DNA from: Candidatus Gottesmanbacteria bacterium RIFCSPLOWO2_01_FULL_39_12b
Lineage (GTDB): Bacteria > Patescibacteriota > Microgenomatia > 2-02-FULL-39-11
Length of the DNA: 64,000 nucleotides
NCBI GenBank assembly: GCA_001780955.1
Contig: MFJR01000007.1
Location: 342,171-406,170, forward strand
Direction of reading: 5' to 3'
How positions within the stretch are numbered: the first letter of the stretch is position 1; each line of letters opens with the position of its first letter. This document shows positions 25,232 through 34,329 of this stretch, in pieces. A program made the position numbers and the translations under genes. The notes beneath the pieces are model-generated. The model worked only from the letters and a program-made list of their open reading frames with translations, did no database searches and was not told where the DNA came from.

Positions 25232-27918
25232 GGCGCAATTTCCTGCCAGTTAATTTGTGTTCTGCCTATAAAGGGCAGCAAACCTATTATATACTTTGGC
25301 TGATAAATGAACTGGTAAGCTGGGCTATTTGGATTTCGAAATGTTCGTCTTTTAACAAATTTGTTAGCCACAAGCATACCATCAAAAATAATAGCACTAC
25401 TTCCCGAATCTATAGTCACAGTTTGGCTGCTTATAAATAATCCTGAAGCTTGGGTAATCTGACCGTTTATAAATATATTTCCATTCACCATATATACAAC
25501 AATATCATTAGGATCTTGTAAATCATAAGTATGAGTAGCGTTATCCGGAATCTCTAAAGTACCGGAAATCAGAAAAATAGTAACATCGGCTACACCTGAA
25601 ATTCGACCTTTGAAAGATGGATCAAGCGTGTATAAACCTTTTCCGAAGTAAACATAAATGGCATTTTTCACATTGTCTTGATCCAGATTACCTGCGCCGA
25701 TTACTCCAGCAGTTTGATTATCAACCGGAATTGCCTTTGATTTGAAAGCTTCCCAATAATAGGGAAAAGAGTATGTGGTGGAAAGGTTACCCGCCTCAGC
25801 CTCCCATTTGGTTGGTGAGGACCGATCGCCTAAACCGCTGCTACCGGTATTAGAGAGAATTACGCCGCTGCTGTTATTCATGGAAGGGCTTGTAATATTA
25901 TCTAAATATTTCTGTCCGGAAGGTATATCAAGAGGGATACTATTTTGATATACATCTCCGCCTAATACCTGTATCCAATCCCCAGGAGTTGGAGAAGGAG
26001 TAATTGTTGGCGTCAACGTCGGGGTAATAGGTGTTTGAGTTATAGAGATAATTTTATTAATTTTAGGACAAACAAACGGCCCTCCGTCATTTGAGCTTAT
26101 TGAGGTATTATTTAGACTATCTGCTACAGATAATTTTGTTCTAACATTTTGACCATCGGGGACATCTTCTAATGTATAAAGTAATTGATTACCCAACCAG
26201 CCCGGATCAGTTCCTCCCGGACCAGGATCATAGGTAAATTGCGGATGATAATTGACTGCCTGACTGCAGGATATTGGTGCCGTATCCGGATCTGCTGGCC
26301 AACTACAATCAAAAATACAAAGCCCAGTTACATAATTCTGAGATTGCAAAGAGCATGTAGGCGGTGTTGGATCAGGCGGAGCTTGATAATCCATGTCTAA
26401 AATTAAAGATGGTGTATCTGCTGATTTAGGACAGGAAGGATCTTTAGTATAAACAGACCATCTATAGCTACCAGTAGAATTAAGTATAGATCCATCAGGC
26501 GTCCATTGACTGACTCCTCCAGTATTTGGCTGTATTGATCCCATCTTGTCAAATGTTTCATAATCGTTACTAAAAAAGTTAGCCCAAACATAATTGTTAT
26601 TTGGATCTTCCACATAAGCAGAGAATACGGTTGGTTTTATATTCGTACATAACTGGTGAGGAGGATAGGGAGTAACTAAAAGCGGAGTAGGTAATGGCGA
26701 AATTATGCAAGCTTCAGTAGGTAGTGGAGTAGGAGGGTTAGGTACACCGGTAGGCGTTGGTGTAGGAGTTGGTGTTGAAGTTGGAGACACGGTTGGAGTA
26801 ATACTCACAAAAGGAAAACCAACATTAATAGGACTATCTACTACTATTACTGATTGGGGATTGGTATATCCAGGCCATAAAATTGATCCAGTTGGAGTAA
26901 TAGGAAGTTCTACCCTATAAATACCTTGAGTAATTTTGTTCAATATATAGTTAGCATTCAGCTCGTTTATAGCTGACGACTGAGAGTTCACCGAATCAGT
27001 TTTATCACCTGTTAAATTAAGGGTATAGTTCCCGATCAAATCCTCGCTTGCACCTCTTGTTGAAGTATCATTATCCTCTTCGGTATATACCCAACCGTAG
27101 ATATTATAAGCCCAGACAAAAGTCGCGGTTTTACCTCCGGTATACCAAACCGGCCAGCCGTAAAATGAATTATTAGCATCACTATTGCTTCGATATAAGG
27201 CACTAGGCGCAGGAGTTACTCCCAAAAGATCGGCATAAATATATGAAGGTGTTCTAACACCAGAACAAGTATTTGTCTGTAAGATTGCCACTTGATAATT
27301 CGATCTGACCGCACAATTGGCGGTTGTACCCGTTGTTGTACCGCAATTCCAGGCCGCATTACAGACGTTTTGTCCATATGCGGCTAATTGAGGATTACGG
27401 AAACTGACTGTCTGAAAAGGGGTTGGAGTAGGAGTAGGAGTAGAAGTAGGAGTAGGAGTCGCAGTCTGTATAGCCACTATAAATATAATGTCCCTCGGAT
27501 TACACCAGGAGCCTTGATTCCATACATAACAGTAACCGAGACTGGCCCCGTTACAATCAGGAAGTTCAATACCTTGATTAGGTCTATCCGGAGTCACCCC
27601 TATAACCACTAGGTTAGAATCGTTAATGCGTCCGCCTGTTTGATCATCACCTATGTTACCCTGCTTAAATGTTGCTTTTCTTCTATTTTGCTCGCATTGT
27701 ATAGTTACACAAGGACTTTCTAGGCAACTCGTGCTGCATAATTCATTCGCAGTAACGCCATTATTATTCTCATCTTTAACTTGTATTGCTACTTCTGGAG
27801 CATATAAACACGCATAAACAGGACCAGTAAAACGTGTATGAAGGGAAATAAAATAAAAGATTAGTAAACACAAAATCCCAATAAATATATTTGTTCGCAG
27901 AAACTTTTTTCTGATCAT
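25228..27918 (-). CDS. 896-aa secreted/cell-surface protein with PT linkers; first gene of the pilus operon; function unknown
   Basis: N-terminal TM/signal anchor (IFIGILCLLIFYFISL), a Cys-rich module, and three Pro/Thr linkers (TATPTPTSTPTPTPTP, VSPTSTPTPTPTPTGVP, TPITPTLTPTITPSPTP). Its stop overlaps the start of the PilX-like gene. Confidence 0.6.
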   Translation of the reverse strand: MIRKKFLRTNIFIGILCLLIFYFISLHTRFTGPVYACLYAPEVAIQVKDENNNGVTANELCSTSCLESPCVTIQCEQNRRKATFKQGNIGDDQTGGRINDSNLVVIGVTPDRPNQGIELPDCNGASLGYCYVWNQGSWCNPRDIIFIVAIQTATPTPTSTPTPTPTPFQTVSFRNPQLAAYGQNVCNAAWNCGTTTGTTANCAVRSNYQVAILQTNTCSGVRTPSYIYADLLGVTPAPSALYRSNSDANNSFYGWPVWYTGGKTATFVWAYNIYGWVYTEEDNDTSTRGASEDLIGNYTLNLTGDKTDSVNSQSSAINELNANYILNKITQGIYRVELPITPTGSILWPGYTNPQSVIVVDSPINVGFPFVSITPTVSPTSTPTPTPTPTGVPNPPTPLPTEACIISPLPTPLLVTPYPPHQLCTNIKPTVFSAYVEDPNNNYVWANFFSNDYETFDKMGSIQPNTGGVSQWTPDGSILNSTGSYRWSVYTKDPSCPKSADTPSLILDMDYQAPPDPTPPTCSLQSQNYVTGLCIFDCSWPADPDTAPISCSQAVNYHPQFTYDPGPGGTDPGWLGNQLLYTLEDVPDGQNVRTKLSVADSLNNTSISSNDGGPFVCPKINKIISITQTPITPTLTPTITPSPTPGDWIQVLGGDVYQNSIPLDIPSGQKYLDNITSPSMNNSSGVILSNTGSSGLGDRSSPTKWEAEAGNLSTTYSFPYYWEAFKSKAIPVDNQTAGVIGAGNLDQDNVKNAIYVYFGKGLYTLDPSFKGRISGVADVTIFLISGTLEIPDNATHTYDLQDPNDIVVYMVNGNIFINGQITQASGLFISSQTVTIDSGSSAIIFDGMLVANKFVKRRTFRNPNSPAYQFIYQPKYIIGLLPFIGRTQINWQEIAP
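27425..27460. repeat. hexanucleotide tandem repeat (GGAGTA-type x6) encoding a PT linker
   Basis: GGAGTAGGAGTAGGAGTAGAAGTAGGAGTAGGAGTC, read directly. Confidence 0.8.
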
Positions 27919-27948
27919 ATTTTAAGAATAGCAAATGTGTCTTTATTG

Positions 27949-29670
27949 TCAATCAATAAAAGAAGTGTAGATTTTAAGTTCGTATTGACCAATAGGCTTT
28001 TTTAGCATGTTTTTTACAGATTTATTAATATATTCCTTTATTCGCTTTACGTCCGTATTATCTTCTTTATAATTCTCAAAGAAAGGATAAAATGCCGCGG
28101 CATTATCTATATACTTTACAGCCAACTGACTGTTTCCTTCATCTAAAACTTGCTTTGCCTGTTTCAGATAAAGCAAATAGTTATCCTTGATTAACAGCTC
28201 TGAATCAAAAGGATCTCTTTTTATCGCTTCTTTATACCAAAAATGGGCCGAGTCATAATTTCCCTTAGTAGAATAAAATTTTGCTAGTTTGACAGGAATA
28301 TCTTTTCTGGCCCGATCCAGTTTGGATGCTCGTAGTAAAATTGCAATTGCCGCGTCATAATTTCTATTACTGTAGGCTTGATCAGCTTGCCTTAAGATTT
28401 TATCGACATCAAGAGGAATAAGTATTTTTAAGCTGAATAAAATAATGATGGTCACGTATATCGGAGAAACTAAGATATTTTTATCTTTTGTATCCTTTTT
28501 TCCAGGTAAAAGTAAGGCTATACCCAGCCAGTAAAATAGATAGATGGAGTTAAAATGCCAATCAGGATCAAGTAACGAATGAAGGCTGGAAGCCAGTAGA
28601 GCTATAAAAATACAAATTTTGTAAGTGATATCTGATGAGTGATCATTCTTTACATTTAGATATGAAGAATAGAGACCCATAACAATTAACGCTAAAAAAA
28701 ATAATCCCCCTAAAACTCCGGTTTCCGTAAAAAGTTCTAAATAATGATTATGCGCATATCCGGACCAGCTCAAAGGCATACTTTGATAAAATTGAGAGAC
28801 ATAAATAAAAGTATTAAGTCCTGTACCGAAAATAGGGGACTTGATAAATCCTTTGATTGCTTGATCTATATACTCTAAGCGTAATTCTTTTTTCGCCGGT
28901 TTATATAATCCTTTTTCGAACTTTAATCCTATTTCTCTAGGGATGATAAAATTTGAACTGATAAAATTAGTAATTAGAAAAAGAATTGAGATCAGGCTTA
29001 TAACTAAAATCCATTTATTAAATTTATCAGTCAATTTCCTGTAAATAAATACAGAAATGAGAAACGCAAATGAAAGAGATAACATGGCTCCCCGGCTGAG
29101 AGAAAGGAAAAAAGTAATTATAAAAAGAATACTTATGAAATATAGAGAAATTTTTAAAAGTTTTATCTTAAAGTCACTCTCTAACAGACAGCTTAGTGCT
29201 AATGGTATGGCAAATAAAAGGATATCAGAGATATTGTTATGTCCATATGAGTAATACATCAGGTTAAAATCATCGTAGGGAACAGTCAGTTTAATTCCGG
29301 GTGTGATACGCAATATGAATATCAGCGATAATATAATTGAATTAATGATTATCATCGGTATATAAAATTTTTTCATAATTAGTACTTTATTATTTTCGGA
29401 TCTGATACCTAAAAAAATTAAAAAATAAGCTATGTATCGGTTCAGTTCTAAAAGGCTCTGACTATAGGACAGAGAGAAAATAACTGAGATAGAAAAGATG
29501 GTTAATATCATTAGCCACAAGGTTTCAATCCAGCTTAAAACTATTTTTGGTTTTCTCAATAATGGAAGATTTATTATGATACTTGCAGAAAGTAGTAAAT
29601 TAAGGCCAATTTTATGGTCTATTGATTCGATAAGGGGAAGGAAGAAAAGGAGATATAACCAGATATTCAT
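27949..29670 (-). CDS. O-antigen ligase (Wzy_C) family polytopic membrane protein with C-terminal TPR domain
   Basis: About 10 TM segments, then YAHNHYLELFTETGVLGGLFF (Wzy_C-type H..N..L....E.G motif), then a C-terminal ~170 aa of TPR-like repeats (YDAAIAILLRASKLD, GNYDSAHFWYKEAIKRDP). Confidence 0.75.
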   Translation of the reverse strand: MNIWLYLLFFLPLIESIDHKIGLNLLLSASIIINLPLLRKPKIVLSWIETLWLMILTIFSISVIFSLSYSQSLLELNRYIAYFLIFLGIRSENNKVLIMKKFYIPMIIINSIILSLIFILRITPGIKLTVPYDDFNLMYYSYGHNNISDILLFAIPLALSCLLESDFKIKLLKISLYFISILFIITFFLSLSRGAMLSLSFAFLISVFIYRKLTDKFNKWILVISLISILFLITNFISSNFIIPREIGLKFEKGLYKPAKKELRLEYIDQAIKGFIKSPIFGTGLNTFIYVSQFYQSMPLSWSGYAHNHYLELFTETGVLGGLFFLALIVMGLYSSYLNVKNDHSSDITYKICIFIALLASSLHSLLDPDWHFNSIYLFYWLGIALLLPGKKDTKDKNILVSPIYVTIIILFSLKILIPLDVDKILRQADQAYSNRNYDAAIAILLRASKLDRARKDIPVKLAKFYSTKGNYDSAHFWYKEAIKRDPFDSELLIKDNYLLYLKQAKQVLDEGNSQLAVKYIDNAAAFYPFFENYKEDNTDVKRIKEYINKSVKNMLKKPIGQYELKIYTSFID

Positions 29671-29704
29671 AATTATGAGCGCAGAGTTAAATTAAATAAA
29701 CACA

Positions 29705-31102
29705 TCACATTTTTTTAAGTATGTTATACGATCTTGTTAAGTTTCTTGCTAGAAACTGATAAGTTTCTGTTTTGCGCGCAACATAAGCAATAACATCACC
29801 GATGGCCTTTTTACTGTGATAATCATTTTCGATATGTATCGAAATCATATAGGGATATATTTTTTGCTGTTCTAATAAAATCTTTTTCGATTTTAAAGTA
29901 TTTCCTTCGGCATAATATTTTTGCGCTTCTTTGGTATAAGTTGTTGATAGCTTTCGGTAAATTTCATCGTTTCCGGGAGGTTTTAAAAAAATCGCCTTAA
30001 TAAAATAGTCTCTTGCGGTCAAATACTCATTTACTTCATTTTCAAAGTTAGCTCTAAAAAGGTGGTAACTGGAGTTTAACGGATCTAAAGTTAAAGCAAG
30101 ATTGTTGTATTTTCTTACATAATCATATTGATTCATAAGATAACCATTTGATAAGGCAACAGTAGCTATATCCTGTTGTTGCTTTGCCTCCCAGGGAATT
30201 AAGATACCGGCGATTTGTAATGTTTTTATACTCATATAATTATTTTTTGCCAGAAAAAACAAAAATTTACCCGTAGAATAAGTTAGAGCTGTGATAAGTA
30301 TCAAGGTGAAAAGTAAATTGAATATTGATTTTGATATAATACTTCTTCTTTTAAGGGTAATTCTTATAGGCAAAAACATCGACAATATGATCCAAAAAAA
30401 CAAAAATAAAGAAATATTTTTCCAGATATTTTCAACAAAATTAACCACAATTAAGACCATAGTTCCCACAAAAAGAATGTAATGAAAATTATCTTTTTTA
30501 TATAATCTCAATTTGAAGATTCTGATAATTGAGAAAATAATTAGTAGGAAAAATAAAATTCCTCCGATAATTCCTGTTTCGGCAAAGAGTTGTAAAAAAT
30601 AATTTGAGGCATTTTTAACAAAATATCTCTGGTCAGGAGCAAACCTTATCGAAACGTAGCCAAAGGTATCAGGGCCGGTCCCAAATATAGGAGAGAGTCG
30701 AAATCCCTCCCAAGCTTGCCGGTAGTTATCGAATCTGACACTTTCACGGATTAAAGGATTAATCACGGTATAAAATAACGAATAAGAAAAAAATAAAATG
30801 GCAAAGAAATAATATTTCGAAGAAAGATTAAATCTTCTTAGGGAAGTGAAAATTAAAAAGTACGACGTATAACGCAATAATTCCGCTAAACTCAAAGAGA
30901 ATGACCATGAATAATAAGTGCTGATTGCAGATACTATTAGAAAACATAGAAATATGTATTCCAATAAATCGAACTTTATCTTTTTCCTAACTTGCGTAAA
31001 TCCAAATATACAGGAAATAATAAATAGCAGGATAAAACCCTTTACCCTACTTAAGCTTTCAACCAAAGGGAGAAATGTTATAATAATAAAGGTTAAAACC
31101 AT
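29705..31102 (-). CDS. O-antigen ligase (Wzy_C) family membrane protein with C-terminal TPR domain (paralog)
   Basis: NASNYFLQLFAETGIIGGILFF, the same FLPL(V/I)ES N-terminus as its neighbour, and C-terminal TPR-like repeats. Confidence 0.7.
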   Translation of the reverse strand: MVLTFIIITFLPLVESLSRVKGFILLFIISCIFGFTQVRKKIKFDLLEYIFLCFLIVSAISTYYSWSFSLSLAELLRYTSYFLIFTSLRRFNLSSKYYFFAILFFSYSLFYTVINPLIRESVRFDNYRQAWEGFRLSPIFGTGPDTFGYVSIRFAPDQRYFVKNASNYFLQLFAETGIIGGILFFLLIIFSIIRIFKLRLYKKDNFHYILFVGTMVLIVVNFVENIWKNISLFLFFWIILSMFLPIRITLKRRSIISKSIFNLLFTLILITALTYSTGKFLFFLAKNNYMSIKTLQIAGILIPWEAKQQQDIATVALSNGYLMNQYDYVRKYNNLALTLDPLNSSYHLFRANFENEVNEYLTARDYFIKAIFLKPPGNDEIYRKLSTTYTKEAQKYYAEGNTLKSKKILLEQQKIYPYMISIHIENDYHSKKAIGDVIAYVARKTETYQFLARNLTRSYNILKKM

Positions 31103-31110
31103 ATAGATTC

Positions 31111-31386
31111 ATGATTAAACATATAAACTACAAAGTCAATAAAGGCTTCATCGTCCAAAAACTGGGAAATAAAATCACCATCTTTGACGGGGAAGAGTCA
31201 ATGCTTTACACCTTCAACGAAACGGCCACCTATATCTTCCAGAAGTTAAAGGCCGGCTGGGATAAAAAGAAAATAATCGAGACGATGCTGAAAAAGTACA
31301 AAACCAAAGAAGAGAAACTTACCGCTGACTTCGAAGACCTGATCCGCGAACTGAAAGCCAAAAAAATCATCTCTAAAATGGTATAA
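31111..31386 (+). CDS. PqqD-family protein (stand-alone RiPP-recognition-element-type peptide chaperone)
   Basis: 91 aa. FIVQKLGNKITIFDGEESMLYTFNETATYIFQKL..G.....II..ML..Y....E.L..DFEDLIRELKAKKII follows the PqqD pattern of beta strands, an 'LN.tg..iw' segment, then helices ending in D...f...L...g.i. Confidence 0.7.
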   Translation: MIKHINYKVNKGFIVQKLGNKITIFDGEESMLYTFNETATYIFQKLKAGWDKKKIIETMLKKYKTKEEKLTADFEDLIRELKAKKIISKMV

Positions 31387-31396
31387 TACAGCTACC

Positions 31397-31636
31397 ATGG
31401 TGTATCTTTGGGATTACGATGAAAAGGAGCTGGAAAAGACGGAGAAAGGCCGTATTTTTATATTGGAGAGAATGATTAATTACGGCCCGGGTAAAAAAAA
31501 GATAAGCCTCTCGCAGGTCAAAAAATACTGGAATAAATTAAATTTGTTTCCTATTAGAAGGAGACTTCTTGAGCTTTTGATATGGGGCAAGTATCTTTCC
31601 TCAACAAAGAACAAAAAAGCATTTTGGATGGGTTAA
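31397..31636 (+). CDS. small hypothetical protein upstream of, and overlapping, the AbiEii-like gene (possible cognate partner)
   Basis: 79-aa ORF whose 3' end overlaps the next gene by 55 nt. I recognise no family. Confidence 0.4.
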   Translation: MVYLWDYDEKELEKTEKGRIFILERMINYGPGKKKISLSQVKKYWNKLNLFPIRRRLLELLIWGKYLSSTKNKKAFWMG

Positions 31637-32241
31637 AAGAGAACCAGTTAATCCGATCCAATTTTTATTTTACAGGCGGAACCGCTTTAAGCGAATTTTA
31701 TCTCCAACATAGATACTCAGAAGACCTAGACTTTTTTAGCGAGAATATATTTGACCACCAGTTAATCCTATCCATGATGAATAACCTGAAAAGAAAATAC
31801 AAATTCCGATTTGAGTCGGAATCAGTAGAACAGGTTTATATGTTTTATCTAGAATTTCAGAGCGGCATACAGATTAAAGTAGATTTTAATACTTATCCTT
31901 ATAAAAGGTTAAAGAAAGGTAGTCTCATAAATGGTATTTATGTCGATAGTTTATTGGATATCGCCGTGAATAAACTGCTAACAATTACCCAGCGAAACGA
32001 CATAAAGGACTTTGTTGACTTTTACTATTTGGAACCAAAATTCGGCATATGGGATTTAATTGAAGGTGTCAGTGTAAAATTCCAAATGGAATTAGAACCC
32101 TGGTTTTTGCCTACTGACTTTTTAAAAATTGAAGATTTTCCCGCACTTCCCAAAATGATTAAACCACTTAAACTTTCTGATCTAAAAACCTATTTCCGCG
32201 CCCGAGCCAAGGAACTGGGAGCAAAAGTAACTGCAAAATAA
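31582..32241 (+). CDS. nucleotidyltransferase, AbiEii/AbiGii toxin-like family
   Basis: FYFTGGTALSEFYLQHRYSEDLDFFS matches the GGTAL...R.S.D(I/L)DF core of AbiEii-type NTases. Confidence 0.65.
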   Translation: MGQVSFLNKEQKSILDGLKENQLIRSNFYFTGGTALSEFYLQHRYSEDLDFFSENIFDHQLILSMMNNLKRKYKFRFESESVEQVYMFYLEFQSGIQIKVDFNTYPYKRLKKGSLINGIYVDSLLDIAVNKLLTITQRNDIKDFVDFYYLEPKFGIWDLIEGVSVKFQMELEPWFLPTDFLKIEDFPALPKMIKPLKLSDLKTYFRARAKELGAKVTAK

Positions 32242-33488
32242 CTTCTTATCTTTTTGTAAACTACCCAAAAAATCGAATACGTAACCGCAGGATTAATAAA
32301 TACAAAAACCTTATTATAGATCGGCTCAGGTGAGAGGAAAAAAATATTCTTAAACCGGTTAATTCCCGCTTGTATCCTCGTTTCGTCATCAAACACGTTT
32401 ATCTTCATAATATTTTTTTTGGTGTATTTTAATTTATCTCCCTTCGGTTTTATGGAACTTAAAAATCCTCTCGGCAGGGGAGTATCGAAATATTTTATAA
32501 GCATCAAAAATACAGGATAGACAAAATTCTCAACGCGATAATGCCTGATCAAAAGGGTCAGACCTTGAGCGTCTTTAAGGTCTGACCCTAACCCTGTCTT
32601 CCTTATCACCTTATCCAAAAACTCCAACCTGTGGACACCTCTGAAATTGTGATGGAAAAAATGTAAACACAAATAGAGAATTAAGAATTGAGAATTAAGA
32701 ATTGAGAATTTTTCACTTTCAACAATTATTGCTTTTTTTGTTGTAAGAATCTCGCCAGTCATCTCATCAATCATTCCTTGAGGATATAGCTCATCCAACT
32801 TCCCCAGTTGATTCATCAGAAATACCGGTTCTAAGTGGATATCAAAAACTACGGGAAAATCATTGACCTTTTTATAGAAGCTGAACTCCGTCGGCTTGTC
32901 TTTCAATAACTTATGTATCGAACTGAATTCAGATTTTGCTTTTGTGTAATTTAAAACCTTGAATACTCTTTCTACTTTTTCAGTGCTATTCCTATCTATT
33001 AATAAATCGCAATCAGCATAAATCCGAGATGGGTGTTTCTTTTCAAAATATAGATGCAGAGGTAGTCCTTTCAGAATTACAAAGATTATCTTTTTTGAAG
33101 AAAAAATATTTTTTATTTTTGTTATTTCCTGATAATAATGACTGGATTGAAGGAGATTAATATCCTCCGGATTAAAGTAATATCCGTTCCTTTTTACCTG
33201 ATATACTTTTCCTATGATTTGGTGAGGATAAACTTTCCCGTCTGATTTTTGGTTATTATCTCCTTTGGTAATAAGATGATCAGTATTTTTATAGATGACT
33301 CTATGAGTGATTACTTTTCCACCTTTCATCAGCATGATTAAATCGTTGATTTTAGCCTGTCGAAATTTGATTCTCCTAAGGAAAAGTACGTCTCCCGGTT
33401 TGAGTATTGGAAGCATGCTCATTCCTTCGGCTTTCAGAATAAATTGATTTGCTTTAAACAATTTGGCAATATTTTCGGAAAATCTCAT
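32190..33488 (-). CDS. fusion protein: N-terminal S26 (SipW/Sec11-type) signal-peptidase-like domain + C-terminal uncharacterised nucleotidyltransferase (NTP_transf_5-like) domain
   Basis: The N-terminus carries AEGMSMLPILKPGDVLFL (Ser nucleophile box), VITHRV and ITKGDNN (ER/archaeal-type box), and no TM anchor. The C-terminal ~300 aa carry YADCDLLI and VFDIHLEP, typical of the 'uncharacterised nucleotidyltransferase' family. Confidence 0.6.
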   Translation of the reverse strand: MRFSENIAKLFKANQFILKAEGMSMLPILKPGDVLFLRRIKFRQAKINDLIMLMKGGKVITHRVIYKNTDHLITKGDNNQKSDGKVYPHQIIGKVYQVKRNGYYFNPEDINLLQSSHYYQEITKIKNIFSSKKIIFVILKGLPLHLYFEKKHPSRIYADCDLLIDRNSTEKVERVFKVLNYTKAKSEFSSIHKLLKDKPTEFSFYKKVNDFPVVFDIHLEPVFLMNQLGKLDELYPQGMIDEMTGEILTTKKAIIVESEKFSILNSQFLILYLCLHFFHHNFRGVHRLEFLDKVIRKTGLGSDLKDAQGLTLLIRHYRVENFVYPVFLMLIKYFDTPLPRGFLSSIKPKGDKLKYTKKNIMKINVFDDETRIQAGINRFKNIFFLSPEPIYNKVFVFINPAVTYSIFWVVYKKIRSYFAVTFAPSSLARARK

Positions 33489-33693
33489 ACAATAGATTTA
33501 ACCATAATGACTATTGTACAACAGCTAGTATGAATCCAGATATGTCTATCTAGTACATACCTTGCTGGTTATCCCGTTATCTTGCCTGGTACAATACCAA
33601 AAGAAGAGGAGGAGTGGATACTTAACAAAAAACCCCGATTAGGTATAAGGAGAATGTAAACGAAACTCTGATACTATACACTATACAATCTCA

Positions 33694-33722
33694 TTGACAG
33701 TCAAATGAAAAATAATTATGAT
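33694..33722 (+). promoter_or_regulatory. sigma70-like promoter (TTGACA-17-TATGAT) upstream of the 185-aa/61-aa gene pair
   Basis: TTGACA at 33694-33699, a 17-nt spacer, TATGAT at 33717-33722. The ATG is at 33754. Confidence 0.4.
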
Positions 33723-33753
33723 TAATTATTATCATCAAATCTAAATATAACAA

Positions 33754-34311
33754 ATGGGACGGAAATATATTTATTCTATTTTCATAATATTATTATTAAT
33801 CACATTTACCGAGTTATCTTACTATCTCTATTTAAATTTTAGTAATAAAAATAGTATAAATAACCGGGTAAATCTACCTTTAACACCTGCTCCTCAAACT
33901 GATTTAAAAGAAAATACTGAATTACCATTGTCATTTCATCCGGTAAATATTGAATTCTTTAGTAAATGGCGTCGTAGAACAAAAGCGAAAGTGTATGTAA
34001 CAACAGAAAGTGAGACTCATGTGGTTGAAATTGCTCCTAAAGGATTGACTCATCCCAAACATGGCTTTTTTCCTTATGCCATAAATAGAAGCTGTTACGA
34101 TCCTGATTGTCCTCAAGGTTGGTTGTATTTGCCAGAATTTGCCTTAAAAAAAACTAGGGTATATAGAGTCCATAATAATATATCTACTCCTGTTAATATC
34201 CTTGATATCAAAGTAGGCGACACTTTATTCTGGAAGGAAGTGTTTGACCCAATGTATTTGCCTACGGATGAAAGACAGCTTATTGAACAAACCATCCAGA
34301 TTATTGAGTAA
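33754..34311 (+). CDS. membrane-anchored hypothetical protein
   Basis: N-terminal TM (YIYSIFIILLLITFTELSYYLYL). No family recognised. The promoter above is upstream. Confidence 0.55.
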   Translation: MGRKYIYSIFIILLLITFTELSYYLYLNFSNKNSINNRVNLPLTPAPQTDLKENTELPLSFHPVNIEFFSKWRRRTKAKVYVTTESETHVVEIAPKGLTHPKHGFFPYAINRSCYDPDCPQGWLYLPEFALKKTRVYRVHNNISTPVNILDIKVGDTLFWKEVFDPMYLPTDERQLIEQTIQIIE

Positions 34312-34329
34312 ATATCGCTTCATAGGATT

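Noticed and set aside
26705-27612. ORFs 26705..26920 (GVGVGVGV) and 27388..27612 (SRSRSRSRS).
   Set aside because: They are reverse-strand or off-frame readings of the PT-linker hexanucleotide arrays inside the 896-aa gene, so they are artefacts.
32677-32710. Tandem 14-nt repeat (GAATTAAGAATTGA x2.4) that at first glance resembles a repeat array.
   Set aside because: It is too short and has no spacers, so it is not a CRISPR. It lies in-frame within the peptidase::NTase gene (encoding SILNSQFLIL).
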